Origin: Yuukianura sp. NJ FZ-2021
Lineage: Eukaryota
Direction of reading: 5' to 3'
Assembly (NCBI GenBank): GCA_046563655.1
Contig: CM102285.1
Coordinates: 3,658,001 to 3,722,000, forward strand
Length of the DNA: 64,000 bases
In this document: positions 13,560-26,253 of the stretch, one piece after another
Position numbering within the stretch: the first letter of the stretch is position 1
Layout of the letters: each line of letters opens with the position of its first letter
Position numbers and translations under genes: made by a program
Notes under the pieces: generated by a model
The model's database searches: none
Told to the model about the DNA's origin: nothing
Seen by the model: only the letters and a program-made list of their open reading frames with translations

Positions 13560-14798
13560 TTACTCCTCCGTGTCCATGTCCTCCTCATTCTTCTTTTTCT
13601 TTCCCTTCTTCTTTGGCAAAAGTTCCGGAGCAATGTGCGGCACAACGCCACCTTGTGAAATGGTCACGCCCTGAAGAAGCTGTTTGAGTTCATCGTCATT
13701 TCGAATGGCCAGTTCAATGTAGCGCGGGGAAATTCGCCCTCGATTGTTATCCTTGGCAGCTTCTCCAGCAATTTCCAGTACTTCAGCTACCAAGTACTCC
13801 AGTGTAGCAGCCATGTACACAGCAGCGCCAACTCCAATACGTTCAGCGTAGTTGCCTTTGTGCATCAAACGCCGAATCCGACCAACTGGAAATTGGAGAC
13901 CAGCTCTGTCGGACTTGGTTTGCTTCTTCTTTGGCGGTTGCTCAGCGGCGCTGGGGCCGGCAGTATTTGGCACTTCTTCGTCCGTTTCGGTATCCATGGC
14001 AGCAGCAGCGGTCGATGCAAAAACTTTTTGTTTCCGGCCACGCTTTTTCGGCTCAGCATTGTTGACCTTGGAGCCGCTTGGTTTCTGTGACGTCTGGCTC
14101 TTCGGATCTGCGTTTTTTGCTTTCCCTGACGCACTGGACCCCTTCGGATCTGCGTTTTTTGCTTTCCCAGAAGCGCTGGACCCTTTCGGATCGGCGTTTT
14201 TTGCTTTCCCTGAAGCGTTGGGCCCCTTCGGATCGGGGTTTTTCGTTTTCCCAGCGTCGGACCCTTTCGGAGTTGCGTCTTTTGTTTTCCCAGAAGTGCT
14301 GGACCCATTTGGAGGCGTAGTTTTCGTTACATTAGGCAGAACGGTAGCAGTTTTGGACGGACGCTTGTCGCTTGGCTCACTCTCTGGAGAAGGCGTTGCC
14401 GAGTCGAGTCTGCGAACCTTCAATTTTGGACCAGTCTTTGCTCCTCCTGGGCGCTTCGGTGCAGCAGTTGACGGTTTCGGATTGTTGTTTACCAAGGGCA
14501 AAGTGTTTCCCTCCTCATCAGATTCGGATTCGGAACCACCGCCAGTCTCTTGCGAGGACTCCAAAGCAGTGTCATCTCTGGAAGCATTCGGCTCGTTATT
14601 TTCTTCATCTTCATCGCTCTGTTGTTCTTCTTGTGTCCCTGTGACTGCTTCGTCGTCCAAATCCATTTGGCTCGTTTCTGTCACTTCCGTACTGTCCACT
14701 TGCTCTGGCCCAGTTTCGTCAGCGACCGATCCGTCTCCAGGTTCAGTATCTTCAAAAATGGTTGAGTTTCCTTCATCTTGTTGACTTTCGTCCTCCAT
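13560..14798 (-). CDS. Histone H2A variant with a very long acidic/basic N-terminal extension (~412 aa, coding region intronless)
   Basis: C-terminal histone fold [64 protein letters not shown] at 14798 follows a probable 5'UTR intron (14814-14872). Confidence 0.9.
   Translation of the reverse strand: MEDESQQDEGNSTIFEDTEPGDGSVADETGPEQVDSTEVTETSQMDLDDEAVTGTQEEQQSDEDEENNEPNASRDDTALESSQETGGGSESESDEEGNTLPLVNNNPKPSTAAPKRPGGAKTGPKLKVRRLDSATPSPESEPSDKRPSKTATVLPNVTKTTPPNGSSTSGKTKDATPKGSDAGKTKNPDPKGPNASGKAKNADPKGSSASGKAKNADPKGSSASGKAKNADPKSQTSQKPSGSKVNNAEPKKRGRKQKVFASTAAAAMDTETDEEVPNTAGPSAAEQPPKKKQTKSDRAGLQFPVGRIRRLMHKGNYAERIGVGAAVYMAATLEYLVAEVLEIAGEAAKDNNRGRISPRYIELAIRNDDELKQLLQGVTISQGGVVPHIAPELLPKKKGKKKKNEEDMDTEE
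14098..14310 (-). repeat. Coding tandem repeat, ~42-nt unit, about 5 copies ([14 protein letters not shown]) in the H2A variant tail
   Basis: Repeated ttcggatctgcgtttttt(g)ctttccc units, also visible in the translation. Confidence 0.85.
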
Positions 14799-15807
14799 GA
14801 TGTTCAGCAGGAGCTGCAAAAACAAGCAAACAATTCTTATAGTGCTGTGAACGCTAACTTATGTGTGTAAACCTACACTACGGACGCGCAACTTTGAAAC
14901 ACGAATCTGATTACAACGAAATACATACGTTTTGTTGACCGTGCATAAACGGCACGGTTCATTACGTAAACATTAGTTAAAAGGTTATGGTTACCAATGA
15001 AATGAAGAAATTCGACTTTGGCTTGACGATACGAGTAACCTCGGAGTGACCTTCCGCTGCTGACCTTGCCACTGCAACGTGTGACACCGTCGGAACCTGG
15101 ACGTGGACTGAAGGAAATTTGTACAAGGAACTGACAAATACACCTTGTCCCTCCAAGACGTCCGCCCAATGTCAGATTTTTACTAACCAAGGTCGAGGCA
15201 GGGAAATCCATGATACTTTACTGTGAAGGTTAAGTTAACGTCCTACAAAACTTTATCATTCGAGTTCAATGCTCTTTTAGACGTTCTTTCATTTGCTTCA
15301 ATTACTAGTGGTTGTTACAACTAGGGTTTTCCTTGAAAGCCAACATTTCATTTATTAATCTTTCAAAATCATAGCATAAAGATATTGATGACACTGCTAA
15401 CTTACATAATTAACATGTTAATTTACTCATTAAGGTTAGCTAAACTAGAACACATTTCATGTGCATAACGAAAACATCTCAGCGTGCCTTGCAGATGTCC
15501 GATCCGTTAGTTCCCAGGATTAGTCTCCCCTTCAAAGTTTTGAATCAGGATAAATTTTTGTACATAAATTAATTTCAAAATGATTGTAAACGAAAAGGAA
15601 GTTAACATTGCAACTGTGCAAGACATTTGTCATTTCTAATTATAAATCAGCATGGATTAATCGATCGCTTGAACATAGGTTAGTGGATTCTTTGTTCAGA
15701 ATGTGACTTACTCGCTCGAATGAGCGCAAGGGTATTCGGAGTGAAAATTTGACCTCGGAAAAGGTGGTTGGCCCTTAAGCAATAATACTTGGAGCTAACG
15801 AACAGAC

Positions 15808-17895
15808 ATGTCAGGGACTACAGCTCAATCGTCATCAGACGAACTAGTTCCCAATGTGATAAGTATCAGGCTTGTTCGTGACCATTTGAACGTCGTTGGA
15901 CTCCAATCGTCACAATACCTGGATGCTGTTCAGGTACGATTGATGTCTAATGTTATGAAAATGAAGTTCTAAGAAATAGAGTTTTGTTTTAATAATGTTT
16001 GCTAATGGATGAATATGGATTTCAATGTTACAGGCTCACTTGGCTGCATTTATTAACTCGGTCAATGCAAGAGCATCTCTAGCATACGCAAATACTATTC
16101 GATGGATCGATGACCTTGATATTGGCCAAAGGAGTTCGGTGTACTGGGACGTGGTTGTCCAGAAAGTTGATAATCTTTTAATCGCCTGTAGAAACCTTGA
16201 AATCTATGATCATCTCTCTCCTTTTGTGACGAATGCCAGGGCATTCTTTGGAAACGACGGTGAGAAAGGAAACGTATTTAAATAGAATCATGTATTTTAT
16301 GTTCATTCCTAAGTTTTTTTTCCTTTTACAGTTTACAAGCAAGCGATTTATTTTGGATTTGCTGGCCTTGTGACGGGTGGAATGATTGGGCTCTGCATAG
16401 GATACACAGCGAAGAAAACATCTAGTCATTACTTTCCTTCGCCTGGAAATACACCGCCAACTCTCATGAGAGCAATTCTATGCAGCAAGTCTCGTAGAGG
16501 CATTGACGTATGTATTTAAATCAAGTTAATTGAGTAGATAATGACACGCCTTGTTTTTCACAGGGCATTACCCTCGGGATGATACCCGTACCAAGGCAGA
16601 TTGGAAGTCACGAAGTGTTAGTCCAAGTGAAGGCTATGGGTCTGGACAACATTGATGTTCGAATAACTGGGGGATACGGACATTTGCTGAGGCGTCATTT
16701 GTTTCATAGATCGGTTAGAATCAAATAAACTAGAGACAGAAAAAGCTAACGAGGGAACAGGTTTAATTGTATGTAATAATTGTGTTTTTCAGATACATGA
16801 ACCGTTTGTCCTAGGAAGAGAATGCTCAGGAGTCGTCCTGGAAGTTGGAAGTGAAGTTAAATCCTGCGCGGTCAGTGACCGTGTGTGGATCACCGTGCCC
16901 CTTTGGGCTCCAGTCGGTCTCATGTCAGAATACACCGTAGTCTCTGAAAAATACGTGGGGCTTATGCCAAGAAACATTAGTTTTGAAGGTGCAGCAACAC
17001 TACCTTACGCCGCCGTTGTAATTTGGAATCAAATTCTACCAAAGTCTGATCTCCGTCTACACAACTCCAAAAGCAAACGGGTTCTTGTTCATTTGGGGCC
17101 TACAAGTAAAAATGATGGAGTAGGGTTGCTAGTAACCCAAGTCTTGAAATCATGGGGGGCTCGAGTCACAATTTCAACTGTAGAAACCACACGAACAGTA
17201 ATGGATCATGGTGACGAAGACGATGAACTAAAAGATTCTGGTTCAGGATCAAGCGTAGCACAGATGACGTTCCTGCGTACTCTTGAATCTCTCGGTGCAG
17301 AAACACATCTTTTTTTACCGAATGATTCCGAATTACTTCCAGATCTGGCGCAGAGGTAAGCCATTCCTTAAAGTTTTTTTTTTTGAGTAACTACTGGTTT
17401 CTTTTTCTCAGTATTTTTTCTAATCCATGATTCTAGGATCTTCGACGTTGTTGTGAACACTGATTCTTCAACAGTTACACCGCTCTTGGCAAATTTTCTC
17501 AAGGATCCCAACGACCGCGTGATTGAAAGTAACCCACAGCATTTGACTCGGAGATCTTGTTGGAACTTGTTTTATCTTTTAGAATCAGCCATAAGCTACT
17601 TCTTTAAAACGGTGAGCAACACCTACTAAAAAGTACGTTACTGCTTTTGTTCGTTTGTTTAAATAATTTCCATATGTTGTTGCACTATCAGGCGGAGGAA
17701 GAATCCTACCATTTTGCGCTTGAGGAATGTCGACGGTTAGTGGAATTGGGATTCGTCGTTCCAGTGGTTTCACGATCTTTCCTCATGAGTCAATACGATC
17801 AAGCATTTCGCCATGTTTCCAATACTTCGAATTCTGCCTTAGCTCATGTTGGAAAAAGTGTTCTAGTATTGAAAACCTTGCCATCACCTGCATGA
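15808..17895 (+). CDS. RTN4IP1-like MDR/quinone oxidoreductase family protein; exons 15808-15933, 16034-16259, 16332-16507, 16564-16713, 16793-17355, 17437-17611, 17692-17895
   Basis: In-frame spliced motifs HEVLVQVKAMGLDNIDVRITGGYG, FVLGRECSGVVLEVG, PRNISFEGAATLPYAA and GKSVL, typical of the RTN4IP1/zeta-crystallin family. Confidence 0.75.
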
Positions 17896-18213
17896 CCAGT
17901 TACAGTAAATAGGGTGGAAGATGGTCCCAAGTAAGCAAAGATTAAGTTACTTACACTATAACGGAATAATTGTTAAAAGTTAGACGTTTAGTTGAAAGTG
18001 AAACCGAATAAAGAAGAATATACTACGTATACCAACATGACATTGTTTTTTTTTCAAGCGATAACCTTGTATTGTTTAAAAAGAACAATTCCGATTGCCA
18101 TATTAGTACCTAGTTAAGTAGTTAATAATTAGCTTAACTAAAGTTTGGTTAACCTAAAGCTATTAGTACAAATTAGTATAAAAACGAATCAGAAATTGGC
18201 TTTAACATTAAAA

Positions 18214-19718
18214 ATGAACTTGCACTTGATGCATGTCGTGTGTATCGTTTTGCTGAGGTGCAAGTATAGTGCAGGCGTAGAAGATCCCACCATAGATCCT
18301 CGAGTGGTTAACGGAATTCCAATCACAATTGAACAGAGACCATTCCAAGTGCTAATTCGTATAGAGCAAGTTGGTGCCAATAGATGGTATTTATGTGGAG
18401 GTACGTCGGGGTTCGGTTCATTTAATGTACTATTATTTAACGCTAAAGAAGAACTTAAGAGGTCATTTTTTTCCGTTTAGTGTAACGCTAATTGCATTAT
18501 GAAATACTTTTTAAGCAGTAAGTTAAAAAAACAAATGTATTTCGCTTACGAATTCCAGGCGTCATTTACAATGAAAACCATGTTTTGACTGGTAAGCAAC
18601 GTTTTACATTGAAATGCTTTTGTATAACGGCCGTACTACGGCCTGAGTTTTCCGTAGTCATTGCCTAAACTGTTACTTACGCTTACGCACCTACATATTA
18701 AAACAGAGCGTTCGATGCTCTGCTTATATTCAATGTAGTGTCATGTACTCTAATGTTTAGCGGCTCACTGCTTCTTTCCCGACGGCGACATAGTCGTTGG
18801 ACCTTCCAGCGTAACAGCCTATGTCGGTAAAACACATATGGACCAACCGGACCCAGAAGAGCAGCGGTTTCAAGTGGCTCATATTTTGCTGCACGAATGT
18901 TACAACATACAATCGAATGCATACGACATTGGAATCGTACGTCTAAAGGGATGTTTGACCTATAATAAATACATTCAACCCTTGGCCATAACAGATAAAC
19001 ACCCTTCGGAACTGCCCCGTAAGTTGGAATTTAAAATTTAACAAAACTAGTAAAATTGTATCGCAAAGAAAGCATTGTATTCGCGCTGGGGCGTCGCCAT
19101 TTTAAGTCTTGGTTTTCTTTAGCTGGCTTTCCAACAACCATATCCGGATGGGGGCAAATGCGACAGATTTATGTTTATGATTCTCCTCCTACGTTTCCAA
19201 TTATTCGGTAAGGTTTTTGTTTCATTAGAATAGAATTCTTCAATTTTTTAAAACTTTAAATTTTAGATTTTTAACACAGTAGCAGTTTTAAACGCGTAAC
19301 CCATTTCTTAAGCTTTCATTACTGTTATTATAGGCCGAAACCATCTCCTAACCAACTTCAGTTCGCCACGACGCATTTCGTTGACCTCGCTACATGTCGA
19401 GAGCAGCATAGGAATTCCAAGAACGAAAGCATTTTTGCACCAGGAACTCCGCCGGAACTCATTAAGGAGTACCGAGCAGCGACGGTTCCCGACACGGCAA
19501 TTTGTGGAACCTCAGCAGGAATTGGACCTTGCTTTGGCGACAGCGGTGGGCCTTTCGTTTGTGAGGTTCCCGATTCGAAACCTGTCCTTTGCGGAATCGT
19601 TTCATTTGGAGTTGGCTGTGCCGTAGGAATTCCTGCTGTATATACCGACATTAAGCAGCTTGAAACCTGGATACATAAACACACGACGACTACTGATTGC
19701 CTACAAAGCGTGAATTAA
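18214..19718 (+). CDS. Secreted S1A serine protease (chymotrypsin-like); exons 18214-18400, 18559-18591, 18761-19018, 19123-19207, 19334-19718
   Basis: Signal-like N-terminus, activation site DPR/VVNG, and the triad motifs TAAHC, YDIGIVRL and GDSGGP. Gly at position 189 (GPCFGDS) argues against trypsin specificity. Confidence 0.9.
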
Positions 19719-19932
19719 GCCCATTAATTAAAAAGTCGTTTCGTGATTTAAATAAAAAGTGATTGTTAGTTGTAATACCGCAGAATAGCAAGAGCCACGA
19801 TAATACTTTTCTTCCTGGATTTATTTTTTTCGAAGCAAATCATGCTGAACCTGATGTCGCTAATGAATGACATACAAATACGTTCGATGAACAATATCCA
19901 CGAATTTGCTTAGGGAATTCGAAGTCCCGGAA

Positions 19933-20614
19933 GGGTTAGATTGTCGTTGTTGGGGCAGTGAAAATTTTTTGTTTTTTGGTCAAAATTTTTGAATTTTTTT
20001 TTTCGTTTTTTTCACTTTTTATCATGTTTCAAACGTTTTTGGAACGTTTGGAGCAAAAAAAATTTTTGACCCTAAGGGTCCCCCCTTCCCATTTTTTGAA
20101 AATCTTGACTCGAAAATTTTCAAAGTACGAAAACTGAAGTGGTCACCCCTGACAACCTCAAAAATGACCCTTACGAAAGTTGTTTAGAATCATGAGGTGA
20201 GTATTTTTTGTCCTATGGACTATGACCCTACGACCATTCGTTGAGGTCAGAGGTCAATGCGAACATTTCCCCAATTTTTCTTTGTGTTGACCTCTGACCT
20301 CAGGGAGTGGTCGTAGGGTCATAGTCCATAGGACAAAAAATACTCACCTCATGATTCTAAACAACTCTCATAAGGGTCATTTTTGAAGTTGTCAGGGGTG
20401 ACCACTTCAGTTTTCGTACTTTGAAAATTTTCGAGTCAAGATTTTCAAAAAAATGGGAAGGGGGACCCTTAGGGTCAAAATTTTTTTTTGCTCCAAACGT
20501 TCCAAAAGCGTTTGAAACATGATAAAAAGTGAAAAAAACGAAAAAAAATTTTTTCGAAAATTTTGACCAAAAAACTTAGAAAAAATTTTCACTGCCCCAA
20601 CAACAATCTAACCC
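19933..20614. mobile_element. Palindromic (foldback) MITE with GGGTT..AACCC ends and 6-bp TSD
   Basis: The two halves are near-perfect inverted repeats over ~330 bp. TSD ccggaa at 19927-19932 and 20615-20620. Confidence 0.85.
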
Positions 20615-23136
20615 CCGGAAGTGTAACTCAAGGCTTCCGTGGATATGTATTAAAATCCTCAAGAAAAATTGCTTTTCGATAGCAGCATCAATTTAGTACG
20701 TTTGAAAACAAGCATCAAACTTGTCAGAATAAATCCGGATGTAAATAGGGGTGGGTGTAGGAAAGAATTAGCGAAGGAAGGAGTTGTTTCGCAAACTGCT
20801 GTTCTCTCATATAACATTCAGTTTTTATTTTTAACATTTTCTTAGAAATTTCAATGTCTACATTTCTAGTTCTATCATTAACTACTAGTTTGATAAGACT
20901 AATGAGTTAATAATAATTAATTATACCTATTAATTCACGTTGACCAAGTGAATAAGTATGGCATTATTGTACCTAGACAATTTGTCTAACTAAAGACAAA
21001 CCGCATTCGGGATATCTGATACTGGTGAGGATTAGTAGCACCCTTTGGAGTTCACAATAACAGCTGTTATATGAATTGTTTGTTTTGGTTCGTAAAGCAA
21101 AGCAATATGCTTGTTGATTTTCGTTTGAAAACTATGAAGAAGAAGAAATAGGTAACGTTTTTATTGTTTTCAATTTTTTTTGCCTGCTTTCTAATATAAG
21201 GGAGCAAGAAGTTAGCCCCAACCCCAAAAACCTGAAGTTAGCCCCATCCCCAAAAACTTGAAGTTAGCCCCAACCCCAAAAATCCCCAAAACAGCCTAAA
21301 GTTAAACTTCAGCCCCAAAAATATATTGTTCTACCCCCAAAAAAGTGTTGTATCCCCAAAAAACTTTTTCTAGCCCCAAAAAACTGTTCTATCCCCAAAA
21401 AATTGTTCTATCCCCAAAAAACTGTTCTATCCCCAAAAAATTGTTCTATCCCCAAAAAACTGTTCTATCCCCAAAAAATTGTTCTAGCCCCAAAAAAGTG
21501 TTGTATCCCCAAAAAACTGTTATATCCCCAAAAAATTGTTATAGCCCCAAAAAAACATTCCAGCCCCAAAAAACTGTTCTAGCCCCAAAAACCTGAAGTT
21601 AGCCCCAAAAAAACTTTCCAGCCCCAAAAAATTTTTCTATCCCCAAAAAAATGTTCTATCCCCAAAAAATTGTTCTAGACTCCAAAAAATTGTTCTAGCC
21701 CCAAAAATTTGTTCTATCCCCAAAAAATTGCTCTATTCCCAAAAATTTGTTCTATCTCCAAAAAATTGCTCTAACCCCAAAAAATTGTTCTAGCCCCAAA
21801 AAAGTGTTGTATCCCCAAAAAACTGTTCCAGCTCCAAAAAACTGTTCTATCCCCAAAAAATTGTTCTAGCCCCAAAAAAGTGTTGTATCCCCAAAAAACT
21901 GTTATATCCCCAAAAAATTGTTCTAGCCCCAAAAAAACATTCCAGCCCCAAAAAATTGTTCTAGCCCCAAAAACCTGAAGTTACCCCCAAAAAAACTTTC
22001 TAGCCCCAAAAAGCTGTTCTTGCCCCAAAAAAATGTTCTATCCCCAAAAAATTGTTCTAGCCCCAAAAAATTGTTCTAGCCCCAAAAATTTGTTCTATCC
22101 CCAAAAAAATGTTCTATCCCCAAAAAATTGTTCTAGCCCCAAAAAATTGTTCTAGCCCCAAAAATTTGTTCTATCCCCAAAAAATTGCTCTATTCCCAAA
22201 AATTTGTTCTATCCCTAAAAAATTGCTCTATCCCCAAAAAATTGTTCTAGCCCCAAAAAAGTGTTGTATCCCCAAAAAACTGTTCTAGCTCCAAAAAACT
22301 GTTCTATCCCCAAAAAATTGTTCTAGCCCCAAAAAAACATTCCAGCCCCAAAAAACTGTTCTAGCCCCAAAAACCTGAAGTTAGCCCCAAAAAAACTTTC
22401 CAGCCCCAAAAAATTGTTCTAGCCCCAAAAAATTGTTCTAGCCCCAAAAAACTGTTCTATCCCCAAAAAATTGTTCTAGCCCCAAAAAAGTGTTCTGCCC
22501 CCACACTTGATGAAACAGTTGTATTTCCACAACAGATCCATATTTGGATGCATCGTGAGTGAAATAGAACATCATTCACGAAAATGCAGGCAATTTCTGT
22601 TTACCCTTTAAAGTATTCAACTCTGCCTTGAGAACGTGACCCTTAAGCATATCAACAAAAACGTTTTAAATTAGGCCTAACTGCACGCGTGAAGCGGATT
22701 TATTTAACACAAGATTTATTCAATTTATTCAGTTCGATTTATTCAGTTCAAGTTTGGACAATATTTTCACTGTTCTGAATTTAACTCTAGCGCTACTTGG
22801 AAGATGGCATTGATCGTCGTCAGGAAAGTATGTCTGTCGTTGGCGTAACGTCTTTGAAGTTTTCTCCTTAACTTCCTCTCTTTGTTTAGGCGCATGCCTC
22901 GTTCGATTGAAAGATCTGTTAACATGAACAATACTTGATTCTTTCCAACTATTTAACCTTACTCACAATCGCCATACTTCTCGCTGCAGTCAGCCGTGTT
23001 TGTAGGCTTTCTATAGTCCTTGTTAAGTTGACTAAGTCATCTGTCGTACCTGACAGACAGCATAAATCAATACACAGTTACGCATAAACTAAACGCCTAA
23101 TGTGTTTACAACATGGCGTGTTCGAAAGTATCGGAT

Positions 23137-23339
23137 GATTTGAAGAGGGCTGTTCAAGTTCCGGTGCCAGAAACGGAAGGGAACTTATATCCGGTGTCGT
23201 TTCGTCTCCGTTTCCTTATTTTTTGGAAACAAAGTTTCGGTTCCGGTTCCGTTTCGTATCCAGCTCCATGGTACGATGGAACTGTTTCCTTGAGGAAACG
23301 AAACTGGAACCGGATGAATTGATTTTTGCAACAACCCTA
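23137..23339. mobile_element. Small hAT-like MITE remnant in the foldback loop
   Basis: agggctg..caacccta ends and internal inverted ccgg-rich repeats. TSD not resolved. Confidence 0.35.
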
Positions 23340-23551
23340 GAACAATTTTATGGGGATAGAACAGTTTTTTTGGGCTAAAACAATTTTTTGGGCTAGAACT
23401 ATTTTTTGGGGATAGAACAATTTTTTGGGGCTGGAAAGTTTTTTTGGGGCTAACTTCAGGTTTTTGGGGCTAGAACAGTTTTTTGGGGCTGGAATGTTTT
23501 TTTGGGGCTAGAACAATTTTTTGGGGATAGAACAGTTTTTTGGGGATGGAA

Positions 23552-23805
23552 CAAGGTAAATAAAATACTACAGGTAGTGCGAACAGAAACTTTATTAGGT
23601 TACCACGGCATTTTTTTATGACGTCACTTGTTGAAAAATACCGTAATCGTCAGCATATTATCCGAGGCGCGTATCTAAACATCAAACGGTAAATGGGTTT
23701 CTATAGGATACCATCATTATTCCCCGAATACCGGTATTTTTCAACGAGTGACGTCACAAACAAACGCTGGCGTTGGTTGCTAAGGGGGCTGAACGCAGGG
23801 GGCTG
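23552..23805. mobile_element. TIR-less short element with 9-bp TSD, copy 1 (nested in the foldback arm)
   Basis: caaggtaaat...cagggggctg flanked by gggatggaa (23543-23551, 23806-23814). Confidence 0.8.
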
Positions 23806-24327
23806 GGGATGGAACAATTTTTTGGGGCTAGAACAGTTTTTTGGGGATAGAAAAATTTTTTGGGGTTAGAACAGTTTTGTGGGGATAGAACAATTTTTTG
23901 GGGATAGAACAGTTTTTTGGGGCTGGAATGTTTTTTTGGGGCTGGAACAATTTTTTTGGGGCTGGAACAATTTTTTGCGGATGGAACAGTTTTTTGGGGC
24001 TAGTACAGTTTTTTGGGGCTAGAACAGTTTTTTGGGGCTGGAATGTTTTTTTGGGGCTAGAACAATTTTTTGGGGATAGAACAGTTTTTTGGGGCTAGAA
24101 AAAATATTTGGGGATAGAAAAAATTTTTGGGGCTGGAACAATTTTTTGGGGCTGGAACAATTTTTTGCGGATGGAACAGTTTTTTGGGGCTAGAACAGTT
24201 TTTTGGGGCTAACTTCACGATTTTGGGGTTGGGGCTAACTTCAGGTTTTTGGGGATGGGGATAACTTCTGGCACCCCTAATATAAATTAAGTTCAAATTC
24301 GTTTGTAGAAAAGTTTGAAGACAAGCG

Positions 24328-25553
24328 ATGAAGGAGGTTTCATATAAGGAGATCGGAAAGATTAAATGCAACCAAGGAGCACTAAGAGCTGTACGATACA
24401 ATGGTTTGTCATTTTTCATATTCATTTCAATTTTTGGGTGTTAACGATTTAGATTTTATCGAGCAGTCGAAATAATGCTTTACATTTTACTGAACATAAT
24501 TGTTTTATACTTGTAGTGGATGGAGACTATGTGATTACTTCAGGAGCAGACAGAAGTGTCAAGTTATGGTCTGCAGGACGAGAAGTACTTTTATTCACTT
24601 ATTCCGGACACTCGGGAGAAGTTTTGGATTGCCGAAGTTCGTGTGACAATGCGTAAGTCTTAAGATTGATGTTAATCATTCACGGTTCATCTTAGAGCAA
24701 AAAGGTAGTTACTTTTTACTTTTTACAACCACATCGACTTAGCAATTCTGTTGACACTTGATAATTTTTCACTTTCGCCTAACGCATAGAAAAGTTTTGT
24801 AGATGTTTAATAAGTAATTCTTCGTTTTTTTTTAGACAGCTCATTTCGTCATCTACTGATAAAACAAGCACACTTTGGGATGTAGAAACTGGCCGTCCTC
24901 TTCGTCGCCTCCGTGCACATGCTTCTACAGTCACCACTACGGTATTCAACGAAGAGTCCACCTTGGCTGTATCAGGTTCCCGGGATAACACCGTGAAAGT
25001 TTGGGATCTCAGATCGAAATCTAATACACACCCAATCATGACCATGGAAGAGCCAACGGATGGAATCACTAGTATTCAAATCAACAACAACGGAATTCTT
25101 GTTGGATCTGCGGACACATTTGCTAGATTCTACGACATCAGACACGGAACGTTATCAGAAGATTGTATGGGAGAAGCCATCACTTGCGCATGCATAAGTC
25201 GAGACAACGCAAGCCACCTATTGTGTGTAGCTGACGGTACTTCAAAGCTAATTGACAAGGATACGGGTCAACTTTTAGCCACATATAAGGGATATACCAC
25301 TCCCAACTTCCATGATTACAAAATTGAAGCAGCGTTTGACTATACTGATGAGCTCATATTCGTTGGAAGTCCCCTTGGAAAAACGTACATCTTCGAGTTG
25401 ATCAGCGAAAAAGTTTGTCAAGAAATTCCATCAGTAGGTCCTGTTGTTAGCTTAGCATCCCACCCTTCGAAAGACGAGTTTGTTGTAGCGGGGGGTGGTT
25501 TCACCTATATTTACAGTGGGGATGCTGAATCAGTAGCAATGACAGAAGCATAA
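24328..25553 (+). CDS. WDR83: WD repeat protein 83 (MORG1); exons 24328-24403, 24517-24652, 24836-25553
   Basis: CNQGALRAVRYNVDGDYVITSGADRSVKLW..YSGHSGEVLD..LRRLRAH..FNEESTLAVSGSRDNTVKVWDLRS matches the WDR83 pattern. Confidence 0.88.
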
Positions 25554-25852
25554 CCAGTTTGCAATATTTTTATTTAAATATCAATAATTTATGTTTTTTT
25601 TCCCACACTTATCAACTTCTGTTTCGAGCATCGAATATCTATAATTAGTACTATTTAATATATAAATATTACACAGGATATAAAGCGAAATTTACAGGTT
25701 AAGGAAATAATTCTACTTATTAGTTTTAGTGATAATAGCATATATTGTCATTGAACCACATCATAAAAAATTTGAATTTCGTATGAACCCTCTATTACCT
25801 TTTGATGTTACTTAAAGTAAGGTCAGTGTTCCGAGCAATGCAAAGCTGTGCG

Positions 25853-26253
25853 TAGGGGTCTAAATCCGGATTTTTTGAACCGGATTTATCCTCGGATTTT
25901 TTACGGATTCGGATTATCCGAAATCCGGATTTCAAAATTTTGAATCCGGATTTTTTGATGTATTTAAGGGCATTGGCGGCAGTGGAAATTTGGATTTTCA
26001 AGAAAAAAGATTTAACCAGAAATTTGAAAAAAAAAATGATTCTCTTGCGAAAAAGGACCATTTGTAACCTCCGTAGTGAATATTTACGGATTGGTGTTCA
26101 AAACGCACATCTTTGATCCCAGTATAAAATTCAAAAATTTCCTTATGGAAGTTAGCATGTATTCTAAAAATCCGAAACCGGATTTGACCAAGAGAAATCC
26201 GGACAAATCCGAAATCCGGATATTTTTAAAATGATACGGATTTGAGACCCCTA
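25853..26253. mobile_element. hAT-type MITE
   Basis: TIR taggggtct..agaccccta. 8-bp TSD gctgtgcg (25845-25852, 26254-26261). Internal atccgga repeats. Confidence 0.88.

Larger units (their letters stand above)
21199..24277. mobile_element. Foldback element with arms of ~19-bp tandem repeats, inside the WDR83 5'UTR intron
   Basis: Left arm (ccccaaaaaattgttcta[t/g])n at 21199-22500; inverted right arm at 23340-24277. TSD taatata at 21192-21198 and 24278-24284. Confidence 0.85.

Noticed and set aside
13852-14784. 310-aa plus-strand ORF
   Set aside because: Antisense shadow of the repetitive H2A variant ORF; no independent signal.
21199-24277. Regular short repeats and ORFs in them (CRISPR-like or coding?)
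   Set aside because: Head-to-tail minisatellite without unique spacers or cas genes, in a eukaryotic context; the ORFs are repeat translations.
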